A DNA stretch of 64,000 nt from an uncultured Actinomycetota bacterium. GTDB taxonomy: Bacteria; Actinomycetota; Actinomycetes; JAFAQI01. The notes under the pieces were generated by a model. That model saw only the letters and a program-made list of their open reading frames with translations. It did not search any database and had not been told where the DNA came from. The DNA lies in NCBI GenBank assembly GCA_963770565.1, contig CAVYQE010000002.1, positions 576,001-640,000 of the forward strand, written 5' to 3'. Numbering within the stretch: position 1 is the first letter of the stretch; each line of letters starts with the position of its first letter. Positions 59,751-64,000 of this stretch are shown here, one piece after another. A program made the position numbers and the translations under genes.

Positions 59751-61240
59751 GCCGGGACCCCCGCGGTCTCCGACTCGGACTCGACGTCGGCACCCGGACT
59801 TCGCGGCGTGGCCATGACCTGCTCCAGCAACGCGAGGATCAGTACCCCGCCGATCGCCAACAGCACCGAGCCGACCCGAAAGGCCAGCACATAGCCGTGG
59901 GTCACGGCGACCGCCGCGTTGGTGCCGTTCCGGATCTGCCCGGCCGCATGTCGCAGCCCGAGGGTGACCAGCACCGACAGCCCGAGCGCGCCACCGACCT
60001 GCTGCATCGCACTCTGGACACCCGAGGCCAGCGAGGAGTTCTGTCCCGTCACCTGATGCAAGGACGCGTTGCCGATCGCCGGGAAGCACAAGCCTGAGCC
60101 GAGGCCGAGCACGATCATGCCCGGCATCACGTTGGCGACGTACGTCGAATGAACGTCGATGCCGCTGGTGAGGAACATGCCGAGCGCGGAGAGGAAGAAG
60201 CCGCCGGCAAAGATCGGCTTGACCCCGAACCTCGGCATCAGCGTGGTGCCAAGGCCGATCCCGGCGCCGATGCTGAGGCCGAACGGCACGTAGCCGAGGC
60301 CGCCCTTCAGTGGCGAGTAGCCGAGCACGTGCTGCTCGAACAGCGTCAGCAGGAAGAAGTAACTGAAAAACGCCGACGAAAAGAACAGCGTGGTGAAGTT
60401 CGTGACCACCCGGGTGCGGTTCTCGAAGAACTCCAACGGGATCAACGGCGAGTCCGAGCGCGCCTCGATCCAGACCATCAGCGCGAGCAGGGCGAGGCCA
60501 CCAAGCAAGGGCAGCAGCACCCGGGCCGACCCCCACGGATGCGACGCGGCCTGCAGCAGGCCATCAACGACCGCGATCAGGCCGGCGGTGCCGGTGATCG
60601 CGCCGCCGTAGTCCGGCCGGGCCGAGTCGCGCACCATCCGGCTCTCGGCAACCAGGCGGGGCACCATGATCAGCGCGAACGCCGCGACCGGCAGGTTGAT
60701 GAAGAAGATCCATCGCCACGACGCCAGGTCGACGAGGACGCCGGAGATCACCGTGCCGGTCGTGCCGCCCAGCCCGGCGATGCCACCCCACATGCCGAGC
60801 GCCTTGATCCGCTCCCGCGGGTCCGGGAACAGCAGCGCGACCAGACCGAACGACGCGGGCGCGGCCAGCGCCTCACCGGCGCCCTGCACGAACCGCGACG
60901 CGACCAGCATGCCCGGATCGACCGCCGCCCCGGAGGTCGCCGATGCCACCGCAAACACCCCGACACCGAGCAGGAACAACCGCCGGCGGCCGAGAATGTC
61001 CGCAAGTCGCCCACCAAGCAGCAGCAGACCGCCGGCCATCAGCACGTAGCCGTTGACCACCCAGGCAAGCCCGGCTGCGGAGAAGCCGAGATCGTGCTGA
61101 ATCCGCGGTAGCGCGACGTTGACGACGGTGATGTCGAGCACGAGCATGAACTGCACCAGCCCGAGCACGCCGAGCGCCTTCCAGCGCCGGGGGTCGGGTC
61201 CGGTGTCGGGAAATTCGGACAAGACGCTCCAATCGGTCAC
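59747..61240 (-). CDS. MFS transporter (DHA2, EmrB/QacA type)
   Basis: LDITVVNVALP, GGRLADILGRR, WRWIFFINLP. Confidence 0.93.
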   Translation of the reverse strand: MTDWSVLSEFPDTGPDPRRWKALGVLGLVQFMLVLDITVVNVALPRIQHDLGFSAAGLAWVVNGYVLMAGGLLLLGGRLADILGRRRLFLLGVGVFAVASATSGAAVDPGMLVASRFVQGAGEALAAPASFGLVALLFPDPRERIKALGMWGGIAGLGGTTGTVISGVLVDLASWRWIFFINLPVAAFALIMVPRLVAESRMVRDSARPDYGGAITGTAGLIAVVDGLLQAASHPWGSARVLLPLLGGLALLALMVWIEARSDSPLIPLEFFENRTRVVTNFTTLFFSSAFFSYFFLLTLFEQHVLGYSPLKGGLGYVPFGLSIGAGIGLGTTLMPRFGVKPIFAGGFFLSALGMFLTSGIDVHSTYVANVMPGMIVLGLGSGLCFPAIGNASLHQVTGQNSSLASGVQSAMQQVGGALGLSVLVTLGLRHAAGQIRNGTNAAVAVTHGYVLAFRVGSVLLAIGGVLILALLEQVMATPRSPGADVESESETAGVPA

Positions 61241-61421
61241 TGCCCAGCCTGGCACACGCCGGTGACAAGTTTTTCTGGCGGACGGCCGCCCGAGCGGTGC
61301 GCACGCTCAATCAGCCGGGCGGCAGCGGTGCAGATTCTGCGATCAGCGGCATACCCGGGCTCGCGCCCGGGAATCAACGAAGTACGCCGCGATGTCGCGA
61401 CGCAGGTAAGGAGTGAGACCC

Positions 61422-62069
61422 ATGACCACACGAACAACGCACGCCGAGCGCCCGAGCACGATGACAATGGCCCGCCGCCGAGGAGTCGTCAGCGGCCTTC
61501 TGCTGATGCTGCTCGGCGCCTGGGGCGCCGTCGTCCCCTTCGTCGGTCACTCCTTCAGCTACGGCTTCACCCCTGACAACACCTGGACCTGGACCGCTGC
61601 ACGCGGCTGGCTCGAGGTGCTGCCCGGTGCGGCGACCTTCCTCGGCGGCGCGATTCTTACCGTCAGCGCGGATCGGGTGAGCGCCACCATCGCAGGCTGG
61701 CTCGCCGCCGCGGCCGGTGCGTGGTTCGTCATCGGCACGGTCATCGCGCCGGTGTGGAGCGCGGGGAACATCGGGGTGCCGGTGGGCAGCACCGACCATG
61801 CGGTCCTCGAGCGGATCGGGATGTTCGACGGTCTCGGCCTGGTGATCGTCCTGCTAGCCGCGATCGCTCTTGGCCGGGTCAGCGTGCTCGACCGCGCGGT
61901 CGTCGCGTCCGACCCGCTGGACACCGGCGCAGTGAACGTCGTCGAGCTGCCGCAATACCCGGTCGCGACATCGGCGACCGCACCGGCAACCACGTCGACC
62001 CGAACCTCGGCAACGGCGCCGCTGGTCGACGAGCCGATGCCGTCATCCCCCACCCCGCCGCGGACCTAG
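61422..62069 (+). CDS. hypothetical membrane protein (4 TM)
   Basis: LLGAWGAVVPFVG..F.YGFTPD..W, GAWFVIG; AAGGAG RBS. Confidence 0.8.
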   Translation: MTTRTTHAERPSTMTMARRRGVVSGLLLMLLGAWGAVVPFVGHSFSYGFTPDNTWTWTAARGWLEVLPGAATFLGGAILTVSADRVSATIAGWLAAAAGAWFVIGTVIAPVWSAGNIGVPVGSTDHAVLERIGMFDGLGLVIVLLAAIALGRVSVLDRAVVASDPLDTGAVNVVELPQYPVATSATAPATTSTRTSATAPLVDEPMPSSPTPPRT

Positions 62070-62105
62070 TGTCACTGGCCGTCCCGGCCGGATCAGCTTG
62101 AGACG

Positions 62106-64000
62106 TCAGACCTTGATGGACAACGCTCTCGTGACCGCCTGCTTGGGCGTCGAGGCATCCTCGGCCCGGACTGTGAACGGGTAGGTCCCGGCCTTGGTCG
62201 GCGTGCCGGTCAGCTTGCCGGACGCGGACAGCGCGATGCCCGGCGGCAGCTTGCCCTTGGCCAGCGCCCAAATGACCGGCGCGGTGCCACCGCTGTGAGC
62301 GAGGGTGACGGCGTACTTGTGGTGCAGCTTCCCGCTCGGCAGCGACGTGGTCGTGATCGACAGTGCACTGACCGTGGTGCCGGCAAGATTCGGGTCGCTG
62401 GTGCCGCCGGGCGAGCCGGTCACGCCCTGCGCTCCGTTGGACCCCGGATTGCCGTCCGTGCCCGCCGTCCCTCCGGTGCCGGCCAGCCCGGCGGCTCCGC
62501 CGCTGCCGCGGAACGCGCCAAGGCCACCGCTGCCGGCCTGCACCGAGTCCGTGCCGTACGTCGTCCCGGATCCGACGAAGACGTCGTGGGTCACCGCGAC
62601 CGCGCCGCCGGACGCCGATCCGCCGGGCGCCCCGTTGCCGCCGTTGCCGCCATCGCCGCCATCGCCACCGTCGCCGGGTGTCCCGGGCGGCTGGTCGGTG
62701 TCATCGGCATTCACGCCACCGGCGCCACCGTCGCCACCGCCACCGCCGTTGCCGCCCTGGCCCGCCGTGCCGCCCTGGCCCCCTGACCCACCGATCGCTT
62801 CGTTGCCGGTCAAGGTGGTCGCCTTGAGCGTGAGGCTGCCGGAGGAGTAGATCGCACCGCCCTGGCCCGGACCGCCGACCGCGGCCGCCCCTGAAGCACC
62901 AGCCCGATCGCCGGGGCCGCCGCTCCCGCCCGTCCCGCCTCCACCGCCGAGCCCGCCGTCGCCGACTCCGGCCGCACCCGATCCGCCGCTGCCGCCGTTC
63001 TGGCCGCCGAGCCCCGCGCCGCCGCCGCTGCCCGCCGGTCCGCCGTTCCCGCCGGCCCCCCCGACCACCTCGTTGCCGTCGAACGAGGTCGCCGTCACCG
63101 ACAGTGTTCCGGCGTTGTAGACCGCTCCGCCGCGGCCCGCCCCGCCGCGGCCTGCCGCACCGCCGTTGCCACCGGGCGAACCGGACTCGCCGGCACCACC
63201 GCCACCCCCGCTGCCACCCTCGCCGGGCGACCCGGTCGGCGGCGTACCCGTCCCGCCGGTGCCGCCGTTGCCGCCATGTCCGCCGTTGCCACCCGAGCCG
63301 CCATTGCCCCCGAGCCCACCGAAGGCGTCATTGTCCGAGAAGCTGTCGTGCGACAGCACGAGCGTGCCCGCGTTGTAGATCGCGCCGCCCTCGCCGGCCG
63401 CCGCGGCCCCGCCCGCCAGCCCGGTCCCGCCGGGTCCGGCGTCCCCGCCCGCGCCGGCCGCACCGCCGGTATTCGCCGGACCGGCCCCACCGTCGCCTCC
63501 ATCGCCACCGGTGCCGCCGCTGCCGCCGACCCCGCCGTCACCGCCGGTCACGCTGCAGCTGTCGAACTGGGAGTCGACGATCGTCACGGTTGCCTTCGCG
63601 GCGATCTGCAGGCAGCCGCCCCGGGCCACGTTGCCGGCCTTGCCGGTGGACAAGCCCGCGCCGCCCGGCTGACCGCCTCCGCCCGCCTTCGAGCCGGTGC
63701 CGTTCCCGCCGTCGGGTCCGTGCGGGCCGTCGACGCCCTGAGCGCCTGACACCCCGTCGTACCCGCCATTCTCGATCGCGACGTCCTTCAGGCTCAGGGT
63801 CGCGCCACCAGGTACGACGAACAGCCGCCGGAACGACGAGGACGTGTTGTTGGTGAACGCGATCTGGGCCGTGCCACCACCGGTGGTGATCGACTCCTTC
63901 TTCTTGGGGAACACGATCTGCTTGGTCAGCACGATCCGGCCCGTACAGACAATCTCGATCGCACCGCCTTTGGCGACCGCCGCGGCGAGCGCCGACCCCG
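62106..64000 (-). CDS. glycine-rich surface protein with a C-terminal Ig-like (He_PIG-type) domain; 5' end outside the window
   Basis: GGxGGxGG tracts alternating with GGAIYN.G.L motifs; ITTTSLP..Y...GG..P..W..G.LPPG.LS..G.L.GTPT; frame open to the window edge. Confidence 0.85.
   Translation of the reverse strand, partial: GSALAAAVAKGGAIEIVCTGRIVLTKQIVFPKKKESITTGGGTAQIAFTNNTSSSFRRLFVVPGGATLSLKDVAIENGGYDGVSGAQGVDGPHGPDGGNGTGSKAGGGGQPGGAGLSTGKAGNVARGGCLQIAAKATVTIVDSQFDSCSVTGGDGGVGGSGGTGGDGGDGGAGPANTGGAAGAGGDAGPGGTGLAGGAAAAGEGGAIYNAGTLVLSHDSFSDNDAFGGLGGNGGSGGNGGHGGNGGTGGTGTPPTGSPGEGGSGGGGGAGESGSPGGNGGAAGRGGAGRGGAVYNAGTLSVTATSFDGNEVVGGAGGNGGPAGSGGGAGLGGQNGGSGGSGAAGVGDGGLGGGGGTGGSGGPGDRAGASGAAAVGGPGQGGAIYSSGSLTLKATTLTGNEAIGGSGGQGGTAGQGGNGGGGGDGGAGGVNADDTDQPPGTPGDGGDGGDGGNGGNGAPGGSASGGAVAVTHDVFVGSGTTYGTDSVQAGSGGLGAFRGSGGAAGLAGTGGTAGTDGNPGSNGAQGVTGSPGGTSDPNLAGTTVSALSITTTSLPSGKLHHKYAVTLAHSGGTAPVIWALAKGKLPPGIALSASGKLTGTPTKAGTYPFTVRAEDASTPKQAVTRALSIKV

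Noticed and set aside
62106-64000. Mycobacterial PE_PGRS gene
   Set aside because: Beta-helix-like spacers and a C-terminal Ig domain are not PE_PGRS features; the N-terminus is not visible

Overview
High-GC actinobacterial chromosomal segment with no tRNA, rRNA, CRISPR array, transposase or integrase detected. In order it carries: dTDP-rhamnose genes (rmlC/A, rmlB/D), a priming glycosyltransferase and an NlpC/P60 peptidase; the conserved actinobacterial nitrobindin-sseC-sulfurtransferase-lmeA-glnR-mshD neighbourhood, interrupted by cysC/cysQ/cysN/cysD, an MFS transporter and an ECF pair; two divergent gmd paralogues; MarR/MMPL; an ECF sigma/anti-sigma/secreted repeat-protein trio; a TetR-linked amine-catabolic cluster (HDAC, DmpA, CocE, SolA, Rieske, FAD oxidoreductase); ptrB and ppk2; a GlnA4-type gamma-glutamylation cluster extended by a GcvT-family dehydrogenase, a choline/ethanolamine kinase and a permease; ArsR/SRPBCC/MFS; and a glycine-rich surface protein running off the end. 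The 48.6-58.7 kb block is full of single-base insertions that look like an assembly artefact. The best leads are an unannotated structured transcript with a 12-codon micro-ORF at about 5.63-5.82 kb, a shared 21-bp operator linking the kinase and GcvT genes to glnA4, an ECF module whose anti-sigma shares a domain with its likely secreted target, a leaderless Cys-rich leader peptide, and several families of palindromic intergenic repeats. All product calls come from motif recognition and synteny; no database search was run.
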